Shown: piece after piece, positions 28,259 to 58,100 of the stretch | Layout: each line of letters opens with the position of its first letter | How positions within the stretch are numbered: the stretch's first letter is position 1 | Assembly (NCBI GenBank): GCA_012295275.1 | Contig: CM022678.1 | Coordinates: 682,001 to 746,000 of the forward strand | Reading direction: 5' to 3' | DNA from: Chrysomallon squamiferum | Lineage: Eukaryota; Animalia; Mollusca | Length of the DNA stretch: 64,000 nt | Made by a program: the position numbers and the translations under genes | Notes under the pieces: model-generated | Seen by the model: the letters and a program-made list of their open reading frames with translations, nothing else | Told to the model about the DNA's origin: nothing | The model's database searches: none

Positions 28259-29495
28259 TTAAAAATCATTTTGTTAATTTGTCAGAGATTTTTAAAACTA
28301 ATATGCAGGAGCTGTGACAAAATGAGGTCAAGGCCGAATGTGAAACAAATTCTGGATGAAAAGAAAGAAATAAATAAACGAAAAAGAAAAAGGAAGAAAA
28401 AGGAAAGAACGTAAAATAAAGAAGAAAAATAATAACATTCAGAAAAGATGATACAAGATGTTGCCAGGGACGAATCCAGATGTAAACAAAAGAAGAAAAA
28501 CGTCATCTTTCCTAGAAACAAACAAAAAACCTCACCACAACCTGAAGAACAACTCGAACAACACCTGAATGAAATGCAATCACTAAATTCACTGCTGACG
28601 TAATTAAAATGGCATACTGTGTGTATCAGTTCATAAAAGAACATTTGCTGACGTATTTAACAAGCCCTCTCGGCAGCTATTTATCTTTTATTTTCAAATT
28701 TTAATCTATATTTTAAAATCGTCCTAAACTGCATTAAAAAAAAAAAAAGACAAAGAGATTGATGAGAAATTTCTGTTCCGTTGTGTTGTTCTGTAACCTC
28801 GCTGATCTCAAGTTTTGTATTTTAAAAAGTTATCTTATAAACAGATTCACGAGTGCAGCAGTCTCAAAATAACAACAACAATAACAAACACAACAAAAAA
28901 AAAAGAAGAAAAAAAGAAGTAACGTGTTATTTTAAATTTAACAACTGACAGACGTGATCGTTATTACAAGTCAGGTGATAAACGTGATTTTAGTTTTAGT
29001 AACAACTAGTCTAGCAGGAAAACATCTGAGTAACATTACTACGTAACACGTGAACCCGACACACGTCATTCGAGTTTTGTAACAATTCATGTAAAACGTG
29101 AATCTCAACTGTGTCACTGTACATTTTACTTTCTTTTTCTTTAATTTTATATAAATTTATGTAAATGTATGCCCTTGTAACATACAGGTTCTAATTTTAT
29201 TATTTATCTTTTCGTAGAAATTTTGTGCATATACATCATAGTGTGTGTGTGTGTGTGTGTACTGTGTCTGTGTGTATGTATTTCAATATTAATTATCACT
29301 TATTTAAATTTTAACATTTCTGAATAAAGATATATAAAACTAACATTCCAGAGTTAATTAATGTATATATATTCCTATTACATTAATGAAAATAACACAT
29401 TAATTACTTCTTTTAATTTACTTTATTTATTATTTATTAAACTGTTCCTTTAAACACGTCATTTCATCGTAACCATGACAACAACTGAGTGTGTT

Positions 29496-29814
29496 TCACT
29501 CCATCAGTGACAGTTCTACGTAGACATTTCTGAACCAGCCGACATTTTCTGACGTCTGATCTAACTGCTCCATGAGAGAATCTCCCACCTGAAATCGTCC
29601 ATCGTCTGCCTGCAGTTTTAGAATGTTGTCTCCTATTTTCTCAGCCATGTCCCTGTAGTCGGCGTTATGCGTGGAGGCGGCGACGAGGGCTGCGCCGTAC
29701 ATGACCTTGTGACTCATCGGAAACGTGTAGACGTCGTCGTGGCACGACCTCGCGAAATCCAATATCTTCCGTGACGTGTCGAGGTATTTGTCATCACCTG
29801 TCGTCTTGTACAGT
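29496..29814 (-). CDS. Toroid protein coding exon 4 (RLYKTTGDDKYL...ELSLME*)
   Basis: CTGCAG acceptor, TGA stop. Confidence 0.85.
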
Positions 29815-29847
29815 CTGCAGATATAAATAAAACAAACAAACAAATAA

Positions 29848-29909
<62 letters not shown>

Positions 29910-32545
29910 ATAAATAAATAAATAAACGAAAAATACAAAACAGTGCATTATGTATGCAAGAGCAGATTCGTGTAGATATGTATGTAGATTATGCGTATTT
30001 ACTAGTAGTATATACGTATGTCTGTGAATATGTACGTGCGTCGATCTGCATGCTATTTAATAACTAACTAACGAACTAACTAAACAAATAAACAAACAAA
30101 TAAATCAAATAAATAAATAAACAATTTCCACAGTAACAAAGAGAACAGCAACAATGTCTAAATTAGCCATGACAACAGTACAAACAATCACTGTGTAATT
30201 ATGACGTCATAAACGCCGTATGTCACCACCTCTGGACTACATAATGAGTGTTTTTGCAGAGCGAGAGACTACAAGACGTGGAAATGAGATTAGAAATTTC
30301 TAAACAAAACATTTTCTATTTTTAGATTTATTTGTAATAATAACAAACATTTCTTGGAGGATCATCTGTGCAAATCTCATTTAAATTCAGGTAGAAATCA
30401 GACCTGTGTAACCGAACATCCTTCATAAAAATATTATTGTTATTTTTATTTGTACTATTATTATTGTCGTTGTTTATACTGCTGCTGTTGTGGTAGTTGT
30501 CGTTATCATTATCGTCACCATTATTATTGTTGTGTTTTTTTAACTTTTGGTATTAATTGTTATTGTTATTACTGTTATTGTTATTACTGTTATTATTACT
30601 GTTATTGTTATTACTTCTTTATTACTTCTGATTATTACGTTTTAATATTATTATTATTATCTCTTCATTACATTTTAATATTATTATGATCATCATCATC
30701 ATCATCAACATTATTATTATTACTGACACTGTTATTATCGTCGTTGTTGTTGTTATTAAGTGTAGTTTAAAAGGATCAAATATTGATTTAAAGGAAAAAA
30801 GATTAAAAAAAAAAGAAAACGAAAAACAAATAAGCAACATTTCGTCATTGCATCTGTCTTTCTGCAGTGAAAAAAAAAAAAAAAAAAAATCCCCAAAAAC
30901 AAAACAGTTAAAAACAAAAACAACAAAAAAATTAAGAAAAAAAAAAGAAAAAGAAAGAAAAAAAGCCAAGCCAATAACAAAAAAAGACAAAACAATAACA
31001 AACAAACAAACAAACAAAAATCTAACAAACAAAAAAAAAAAACCCACAAAAACAACAGCAATACATCTTAAGTCAATTGTTCCTACCTGTGAAGGAATAT
31101 TATGGGGTAGCCAAGCTGGAAATAGAGTTGACCTCCGACCTTTCTCTTCACGGTGAAGAAAACTGCCTTGTCCTCGGGGATATCTGAGGTCACGACCTTT
31201 CCTGTGTCACCGTGAACTTTGAGAAAAAATTCTTCGTCTAAGTTCGGCTGTTGTTTTACTGTTTTGATGATAAAATCCCCCGCAAGTTTCGCCTTCGCTA
31301 AATCTGTAAACATAAGAATTAAATAGCTTGAAAATTCTCTGAGATCTATAAAAGTAAATATCGAATAGTTTGGCCCATCAAAAAATTAAATAATAATAAT
31401 AATAATAATACAGAGACCAATAAGCGCAAATATTGATTGATTTGACATTTTCAGTATATTTGTCTCTTTTTATTTACTGATTATTTATTTACCTTTTTTT
31501 TAGATCTACAGATAACAATAACGACGGGTTTGATCAAGTTAAGACCTAAATCTAATATATCTTGCTGAGCTTAGAAAGTTATTATTCAGTAAGAAATTAA
31601 AAAACAACAAGAAAAACAAAAAAAGCAAAAAAAAAAGTAACAGACCACCACAGTAAAGGCAGACGCTGCCAAGATGAGCTGTTTGAAAGACGCACAATGA
31701 CTGGTCAATTCCTTTGCCTGCCTTGTCGCTGTCAAACGGTTCAAACCACGTAAACGCATTCTGGATTGGACACCAGAAAGACAGGATGTAGTGGAATGCC
31801 GGGAAGGAAATATCAAACCTTCCTGCGCGTTGAGCTGACAGAGTTATCCACCCATTGACGTAAGCCCAGTAATACGTCACAGGCCAGCTCGTGCTTTTCC
31901 GCTCTCGACCTGAAAGTCAGTGAAAAGTGTTGACGTGACAGAATCGAGTGATGCACTAACGTGACAGGTAAATTTTTGTCATATTAATACAGGTACGGTG
32001 TTGTTGATTTTAATTCAGGAATATATTTCATTACTTCTAGCAAAATAATGATTTAAATAAATCTGTTCTTTTATTTTAGTTTATGTTATGTTATGTTATT
32101 TATTCATTTACCTTATGTCACGTGATATAGCGAAAGTTTGGCCATATTAAAAAAATATATAATAATAATAAAAGATTTCAGAGATAATCCTGAAACGTCT
32201 ATTTTATTTCCGTTTTTTTTTTTCTTTTCAATTTAAATTAAAAAAACAAAACAAACAAACAAACAAACAAACAAAAAAACAACAACACAAACAACAAATA
32301 CCTGTTTTATCAGGATACGACAAAAAGTCGCCATTCGGCTGCAGGAATTTCTCTTTGATAAAATTAAAAGTGCGCTTCTCCGCCAGAGCGTTTCCGGTCA
32401 GCACCAGCTGATTTGGCAGCTTGTAAATCGAGGCTACGTCGTCATTAGCAACAGGATCGTGGAACCCGCCATTTTCATCCATCTGACTTAGAAGAAAACG
32501 GAGGCCTCGTTCACTGGCCTCTCTGTATTTCTCCCATTTAGACAT
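29496..32545 (-). CDS. Uncharacterised alpha/alpha-toroid (prenyltransferase/terpene-cyclase/six-hairpin-like) protein, 347 aa, 4 coding exons: 32302-32545, 31646-31909, 31087-31303, 29496-29814
   Basis: All GT/AG junctions keep frame (phases 1,1,2; total 1044 nt). QW-like motifs GLRFLLSQMDENGGF and ILKLQADDGRF; hairpin motif LYKTTGDDKYLDTSRKILDF; no signal peptide. Fold assignment is from motifs only. Confidence 0.82.
31087..31303 (-). CDS. Toroid protein coding exon 3 (DLAKAKLAGDF...GYPIIFLH)
   Basis: TTTACAG acceptor, AG|GTAGGA donor. Confidence 0.85.
31646..31909 (-). CDS. Toroid protein coding exon 2 (GRERKSTSWPVTYYWAYVNGW...CLYCG)
   Basis: TTTCAG acceptor; donor G|GTCTGT, with an alternative GT 3 nt earlier possible. 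Confidence 0.8.
32302..32545 (-). CDS. Toroid protein coding exon 1 (MSKWEKYREASERGLRF...YPDKT)
   Basis: CACAG|A-ATG acceptor just before the start; G|GTATTT donor. Confidence 0.85.
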
Positions 32546-32802
32546 TCTGTGAAGAGAAGAAAGTTATTTAACACAGAGGTCGCTCGTAATCCACATACTG
32601 TTGTTAACAACTGTTTTAATTAGTGTTGCTATTATCTTGCTGAACTTATTACTGTTGCAATGGTTATCGTCACTATTTTATTGTTATTACTTTTGTTTGA
32701 CTGTTTGTTTGTTTGTTAATGATTATCACGTATATGATTCTTTTTATTTGTTTATTATTTTTCTTACTAATAATAATACTTATAATTTTTGTTCTTACTC
32801 GT

Positions 32803-32940
32803 CAAAGCTGGGTTTGATTCCTGCTCTCAGGTGTTGTACGTGTGTGTAGGAATAACGGTAATCAGCGTGTTTACGGGTAAATCTGGTAACAACAGAAATA
32901 AAACAATAGACAAATAGTCACTAAGCTCAGTTTTACTTGT
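32803..32940 (+). repeat. Dispersed repeat fragment (~105-140 bp), inverted copy at ~47230-47366; begins with B-box-like GGTTTGATTCC, possible SINE piece
   Basis: CAAAGCTGGGTTTGATTCCTGCTCTCAGGTGTTGTACGTGTGTGTAGGAATAACGGTAATCAGCGTGTTTACGGGTAAATCTGGTAACAACAGAAATAAAACAAT matches the reverse complement of 47262-47366 with few mismatches. Confidence 0.8.
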
Positions 32941-33431
32941 AAAATACATTTTTCGTCTTCTTCTTCTTCTTCTTATAGTTGTTGTAATTGTAAGTAAATA
33001 AATAATAATAATTGAATTTCTTATCCAAGGGAACTAACTCCATTCGCATTCGATCCAAGGTGTCAAGAATTGTTTCCCCATGTGAACATTCCTACTGTTG
33101 TAGTCAGTTATATTTGCCTTTACGTGTTCTTTCTATAGAATTTGCGCTGATAAACTTTACGCAGCTCAACACTGTATTTCAAAAAAACGCCAACTCATAG
33201 AGTGGGACCCTTAGGGAAACTACCAAACTAATATACAAGGACGATATGTTTATGACAATTTATGCAGCACAATGTAAGCACAGATTAAACAGTATGCTAA
33301 TTAATTTTAACATATAATTTTAACATATAATTACAAATAATGTCTTCCGTCTATCAGAATCTTATAAATTAGGTAGTCTCACCTCGATTTTTGTTTTCTC
33401 TGTTGTCGGCATTAATTTGCACATTGTACCT

Positions 33432-33445
33432 TGACCTTCTGACCT
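33432..33445 (-). promoter_or_regulatory. Perfect nuclear-receptor DR2 element AGGTCA-GA-AGGTCA near the putative non-coding first exon of the toroid gene (donor GAG|GTGAGA at 33382)
   Basis: TGACCTTCTGACCT on + strand; function untested. Confidence 0.35.
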
Positions 33446-33913
33446 GACGAACTGTTTGATAGAGAGCCTAGACTGTATCGCGGGCCGTGGTATTTCGAAA
33501 TAATAGTAGATTATTATTTAATATATAAATAAATAAATAAATCAATAATTTTCATAAATAAATAAATAAATCAATCAATAATTTTGTATTATTTACACGT
33601 CTTTAATGTTGCTGTAGTCGTTCTTATTTGTGTGCACGTAGGTCTAACTGTTGATGTATATTTTTTTTATGGGTGAAATTAGAGCTGTGGTAATGTATGG
33701 GGGGGTAGTTGTTGTTGTTGTTACTGTGTTGACCGTTCTTGTTGCTATTTTTTATTTTAATATTCGTGGATATATAATTGTCGTCGTCGTCATTGTACGT
33801 GTTGTCGTTGTAATAACGCATTTTGTACAGCTGCCTCTGTCTGCACGTAGCCGACGATGTTATTATGTGGATGTTGTTGTTGTAGTTGATATCATTGGTG
33901 TCATCATTATAAA

Positions 33914-33959
<46 letters not shown>

Positions 33960-34375
33960 TAACGCTATTGTGGAACCAGCATCTCATTTACTTGTCCCTC
34001 GTACTGATCATTACACGTTTTGAGTTCATTCATGGATGACGTGTTCAGGTAATCACATACCGTGTCTGATTCTTTTCGTATAAGAACACGACAAACCAGA
34101 TTTTGATGTATTTTTGTTTTTTTTATTCCAGAAAAAATGTGAAATATAAATAATAATATTTTGATTATTAAATGATTATTAAAACAACTAAGCGTGAAAA
34201 GAAGTAAAACTACACAAACAAGAAAAACCCGAATAAGAAAATCAACCGAAACACACATAACAAGCAGCCCAGAACACAACTAAACCCCGAACTTAAACAA
34301 AACAACATCAAAGAACAACTAACCCGAAACAAACAAACAAAAAGCAAAAAAAAAAAAAAAAAAAATCTTAAAAAG

Positions 34376-34407
<32 letters not shown>

Positions 34408-34499
34408 CAACCAGATTCCAACAAACAATATAACCGAACGACAGCAACGACAACAACAAAAACCAACACAAATCAACAACTATAAAACCCCCAAAACTG

Positions 34500-34535
<36 letters not shown>

Positions 34536-35199
34536 TAATAAAAAGTTATAAATAGGAAATACAAATAACAACAGGAAAAAAAAAAGAAGAAAAAATAAGT
34601 ATACCCTACAAAAAAGAAACGACACAAATAAGTTCCAGCAAATCAAGAACAGCATGTTAGTTATGTTTTCCAAGCTAACGTCAGATATCAGAACAGACGA
34701 CAGATGAAAGGACATTGATGATCACACACAATTTCTTTTCTTCGTCAGCTTCACGTTTTTATTGATTTCTACAAATTATTTCTCACTAGATATGACGTCA
34801 GAATCAATATACCCGCGTACCATAATTTCATGACGTCACAGGCGTCTGGACATTATGTGATGCCACTTAATTGTCAGCGTTTTGCAGACGCTGTGATCAT
34901 TACTATTACGTTACAGTTAAACATGTAACTGTGTACGCATGTTATTCTGACAACAAACACAGTTACGATTATTATGTTAACCGAAATGACGTCACAAACA
35001 ATTATTCTGTTGTTAAGTTTACTCATATGATGACGTCACAATTAAATCGTCGACACAGATCATACTGTTTTAATACCACTCTCGTAAACTTCAGCTTTCT
35101 GCATAATGTCGCTGCCGTAACAGTATTTATTTAATTTAGTGTCGTTGTGATAGCTGCACTTTAGTAGTTGTCACTGTCTGTGCTGTTGTTTTGTAGCCT

Positions 35200-52075
<16,876 letters not shown>

Positions 52076-53057
52076 AATTAGTTGTTGTTTTCTGCAGAAG
52101 GAATGAAATAACAAGTATTAAAATATGATGACGTCACTGTTCTGTCCGTTGAGCAAGTGAAAAGTCACAGATGCACATACACAAATAAAAATAGACAAAC
52201 CTTGTAGGACACGCAGTGACTGAAAAGCTTTTGTTCAATAACTGCACAGACAAGACGCTGCTATGATAGCGAAAGATAAATTAGAACATCAGTCTAGCAG
52301 AAGAATTCAGTAAGAAACGATTAACCAATCAAATCATGAGACGGTAATGCACACTTTGATCGTCTCTGGTTATTAACCAATCAGATATCGAGATTCGAAT
52401 GCACATACTTAAACAATTAGCCAATGGAATGACTACAGTGAAGCAGATAATGGACTTTTTAATGTAGAAGTCGTTAACGAGGGATGTTAACCTTTCTAAT
52501 CTTTCTTTGAATTTGTTACAAACCGGTGTTGGTTTTGAAGATAATTCTACGTGTTTGATCTCGGAAATCAATAACATTGTTAATAACTAATAAAGAATTT
52601 CATCAATTCTTCCATTGTTAAAAATGTACAAAAGTTCATACAGGAAGATGTCTTTTGTGATGCGTTCTTTTTGACAGGTTATTTAATGTGGTTTGAAGTC
52701 GTTGTGTTTCTCTCTGAGCAATGACGTCATGTCGTGGTCACCACGTCTGATTGCTGCAGTCAGGAAAGGTCAACTACGACATCTTTCCTCTTGATGGAGA
52801 ATTCTTGTCTGAAGACCGTTTAACGAAATACAGGTGATTAAGAATAACAACAACAACAACAACAACAACAAAAGCAACAACACAATGATAAGAACAACTG
52901 GCATTCCTTCACACTTAGTACTTCAGTTTTGTTTAGAACCGCATATTTAAGTTTTGTTTTAAATGACAGAGAAAGAGTAAAAGAGAGACAAAGAAAGACA
53001 GATAAGGAGTGAGTGAGACAATGAGAGACACAATAATAAGTATATGTGTGTGTGTAG

Positions 53058-53182
<125 letters not shown>

Positions 53183-53780
53183 ACTAAGGATTTTTCCATA
53201 ACTAATTATAATGAAAAAAGTAATAACAATAGTAATTGTCATCATACTTAAAGAACAAAGGCAGTTTTCAGCAGACATGGAATCTAATAAGTTGACACAC
53301 AATGTGTGTTTTCAGTCAGAACTGTGTGTGTTTGTCTAGCTCAGGCTTGCTTTGTGTTCTAATCTGACAGAAACCTCTGTCCTGTAACAACCTTCACCGC
53401 GCAGTCTGTCATTGCTGTAAGCTCATGTCTCATAACGAGACAGACAAACAGACAGACATACATACAGACAGACAAACAGACAGACAGAAGACAGACAAAC
53501 AGACAGACAAACAGACAGACAAACAGACAGACATACAGAGAGATTAATAAACACAAAAATGGATACGCAGGCATATAAACGTAATGAAAAATATACAATG
53601 TGTCGATACACCTAATCTACAAACATACATACATATATGTGTATGAGGTGATTGGACTTTGTCCTGCGCCAGTGCGTTCACAAATAGTATCTATGTGCAG
53701 AGTCTAATCAGACATACATAAGACAGAGAATATTCAAAATCCTAAACTATATACATACATAAATATACCCACACACACGC

Positions 53781-53826
<46 letters not shown>

Positions 53827-54713
53827 TAGTCTCTGTATCGTTGTCCAGATACGTTCAAGTCTCGACAGAAACATCTGACGAGTTTCTGAGGTCGTGTTAA
53901 AGAATTTCTTTGTGCAGAGTCTAATCAGACGTACATAAGACAGAAAACATTTATACCTCAATACACAAAAAGATGCACAAACAAAAATACGCTACGTACC
54001 AGTACAACTCACATACGTACAGACTTACACCCTGACATACAATATGTACATACATATACACATACAGATAAAAACACACATATACACAGACAGACAGACT
54101 AACAAATCAGCAGAGCATTCAGATTAATTTTACCAATAAATAGCAATTTACAGACTAAACGAGAAAACAGAAGAAGCTAATTATATTTCACAAGTGCTAA
54201 AGTAACTTTACTATTACTGGTGTTTCTTCTACATTCTGTCAAACGTTATTAGCTATTAGCCGCTTTTTTTTTTCTTTCTTTTTTGTTGTTAGTGTTTCAG
54301 TTATAAATTATTTTATCAGTGCAGTCTGGTACGCGAAGAACAAAAGGTTTCAACATATTAATTTATACAACAGTAACAGCAGCAGCAACATAAATATACT
54401 GGTCTTAAAATGGAAAAAAACAATGAAGTATTTTTTCATATACCTTTTATTACGATTTGAAAAATACAACATGTAATTAACATTAATAATGAAACATTCA
54501 TACACTGTTTTTTAGTATCACACTGAAACAGAGAATGGGAGAAATAAGAACGAGAGAGATAGTAAATGAGAGAGAGAAGGATGAAACGAAAGATATATAA
54601 CTAGACAGAGAATGAGAGAGAATGAGAGAGAGAGAGAGAGAGAGAAGATCGCTGCACAGTACATTTTTCTTTTTCTTGAATCCTTTAAACAAATATTTAA
54701 TGATGACGTCACT

Positions 54714-54800
54714 CTACACTGACGTCACAGTGCCTGGTAAGTCACGAGTCTCTCCCACGTTCTCCCCTAGCAACCAGTAAGTTCGTATCAGTCCTTTACC
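54714..54800 (-). CDS. rGC2 terminal exon
   Basis: [28 protein letters not shown]. Confidence 0.9.
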   Translation of the reverse strand, partial: GKGLIRTYWLLGENVGETRDLPGTVTSV

Positions 54801-54834
54801 CTGTATAACAACAACAACAACAACAACAATAATA

Positions 54835-54874
<40 letters not shown>

Positions 54875-55079
54875 TAATAAATAATAACAGTAATAGTAAT
54901 AATAATAATAGTAATAATAGTAATAGTAATAATAGTAATAATAATAGTAATAGTAATAATAATAGTAGTAGTAATAGTAATAATAATAATAGTAATAATA
55001 GTCATAATAATAATATAGTAATAATAGAAATACTATTACTACTACCACTACTACCACTACTACTACTACTACTACTACT

Positions 55080-55116
<37 letters not shown>

Positions 55117-58100
55117 GATGATAATAATCAAAATGATGATGATAACGGTAATAATAATAATAATAATAATAATAATGATAATAATGATAATAATAATCAA
55201 AAGAATAAATGATAATAATGATATTCCTATTAATATTACCAATGAAGTTAATCATAACATATGCACATACTAACAAGTAACAGTTATTTCACCTTGATGT
55301 TGATGATTCCGCGTTCGCACATTTTGAAAGTTTCAAAGTTTGACAAAATTTCCATCGTCTCCCAGCTCATGTGTATCTTCATTGCTAAAACAAAATCCAG
55401 ACTGTAACATCACTTACAATAAATAAATAAATAAATAAATAATTTAGTAATATGATTACACGAGATAGGAAAACCCGCGCTATCAACCGACGTCAAAGCT
55501 TCTATTTATTAACACTGAAAATTTGTGACTGTTTCGAGGAGCGATCCCGGATACTTTGTGTTTTCAAAACTCACCTTCTCCGCTCGACTCCATCCTGGAG
55601 CACGTGTTCACCGTGTCTCCGAACAGACAGTACCGCGGCATCTTCAGCCCCACGACGCCGGCACACACCGAGCCTGAAACAACGACACCAACCTTTAAAC
55701 ACTGTCAATACTAACACTGTCAATACTAACACGTGTCAATACTAACACGTGTCAGAACTAACACTGTCAATACTAACACGAGTCAATACTAACACTGTCA
55801 ATACTAACACTGTCAATACTAACACGTGTCAATACTAACACGTGTCAACACTAACACGTGTCAATACTAACACGGTCAACACTAACACGTGTCAATACTA
55901 ACACGTGTCAATACTAACACGTGTCAATACTAACACTGTCAATACTAACACTGTCAATACTAACACGTGTCAATACTAACACGTGTCAATACTAACACGT
56001 GTCAATACTAACACTATCAATACTAACACGTCTCAATACTAACTGTCAATACTAACACGTGTCAATACTAACACTGTAAATACTAACACGTGTCAATACT
56101 AACACGTGTCAATACTAACACGTCTCAATACTAACACTGTCAATACTAACACTGTCAATACTAACACGTGTCAATACTAACACACGTGTCAATACTAACA
56201 CGTGTCAATACTAACACTGTCAATACTAACACTGTCAATACTAACACGTGTCAATACTAACACGTGTCAATACTAACACGTGTCAATACTAACACGTGTC
56301 AATACTAACACTGTCAATACTAACACGTGTCAATACTAACACGTGTCAATACTAACACGTGTCAATACTAACACTGTCAATACTAACACGTGTCAATACT
56401 AACACGTGTCAATACTAACACGTGTCAATACTAACACGTCTCAATACTAACACTGTAAATACTAACACGTCTCAATACTAACACTGTCAATACTAACACT
56501 GTCAATACTAACACGTGTCAATACTAACACGTGTCAATACTAACACGTGTCAATACTAACACGTGTCAATACTAACACGTGTCAATACTAACACGTGTCA
56601 ATACTAACACTGTCAATACTAACACGTGTCAATACTAACACTGTCAATACTAACACTGTCAATACTAACACTGTCAATACTAACACTGTCAATACTAACA
56701 CTGTCAATACTAACACTGTCAATACTAACACTGTCAATACTAACACGTGTCAATACTAACACTGTCAATACTAACACTGTCAATACTAACACTGTCAATA
56801 CTAACACGTGTCAATACTAACACTGTCAATACTAACACTGTCAATACTAACACGTGTCAATACTAACACTGTCAATACTAACACGTGTCAATACTAACGT
56901 GTCAATACTAACACGTGTCAATACTAACACGTGTCAATACTAACACGTGTCAATACTAACACGTGTCAATACTAACACGTGTCAATACTAACACGTGTCA
57001 ACACTAACACGTGTCAATACTAACACGTGTCAATACTAACACACTAACACGTGTCAATACTAACACGTCTCAATACTAACACGTGTCAACACTAACACGT
57101 CTCAATACTAACACGTGTCAATACTAACACGTGTCAACACTAACACGTGTCAATACTAACACTGTCAATACTAACACTGTCAACACTAACACGTGTCAAT
57201 ACTAACACTGTCAATACTAACACTGTCAATACTAACACTGTCAATACTAACACGTGTCAATACTAACACGTGTCAATACTAACACGTGTCAATACTAACA
57301 CTGTCAATACTAACACGTGTCAATACTAACACTGTCAATACTAACACGTGTCAATACTAACACGTGTCAATACTGTCAATACTAACACGTGTCAATACTA
57401 ACACTGTCAATACTAACACTGTCAATACTAACACTGTCAATACTAACACTGTCAATACTAACACGTGTCAATACTAACACTGTCAATACTAACACGTGTC
57501 AATACTAACACGTGTCAATACTAACACGTGTCAATACTAACACGTCTCAATACTAACACGTGTCAATACTAACACTGTCAATACTAACACGTGTCAATAC
57601 TAACACTAACACTGTAAAATACTAACACGTGTCAATACTAACACGTGTCAATACTAACACGTGTCAATACTAACACGTGTCAATACTAACACGTGTCAAT
57701 ACTAACACGTGTCAATACTAACACTGTCAATACTAACACGTCGGAACTAACACGTCTCAATACTAACACGTGTCAATACTAACACGTGTCAATACTAACA
57801 CGTGTCAATACTAACACTGTCAATACTAACACGTGTCAATACTAACACGTGTCAATACTAACACTAACACGTGTCAATACTAACAACACGTGTCAATACT
57901 AACACTGTCAATACTAACACGTGTCAATACTAACACTGTCAATACTAACACTGTCAATACTAACACGTGTCAATACTAACACGTGTCAATACTAACACGT
58001 GTCAATACTAACACGTGTCAATACAACACTGTATCAACTAACACGTGTCAATACTAACACTGTCAAACTAACGTGTCAATACTAACACGTGTCAATACTA

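Noticed and set aside
52076-52114. ORF-track start of rGC1 at 52114
   Set aside because: It is a TTG just after an in-frame stop; the first ATG is at 52075.
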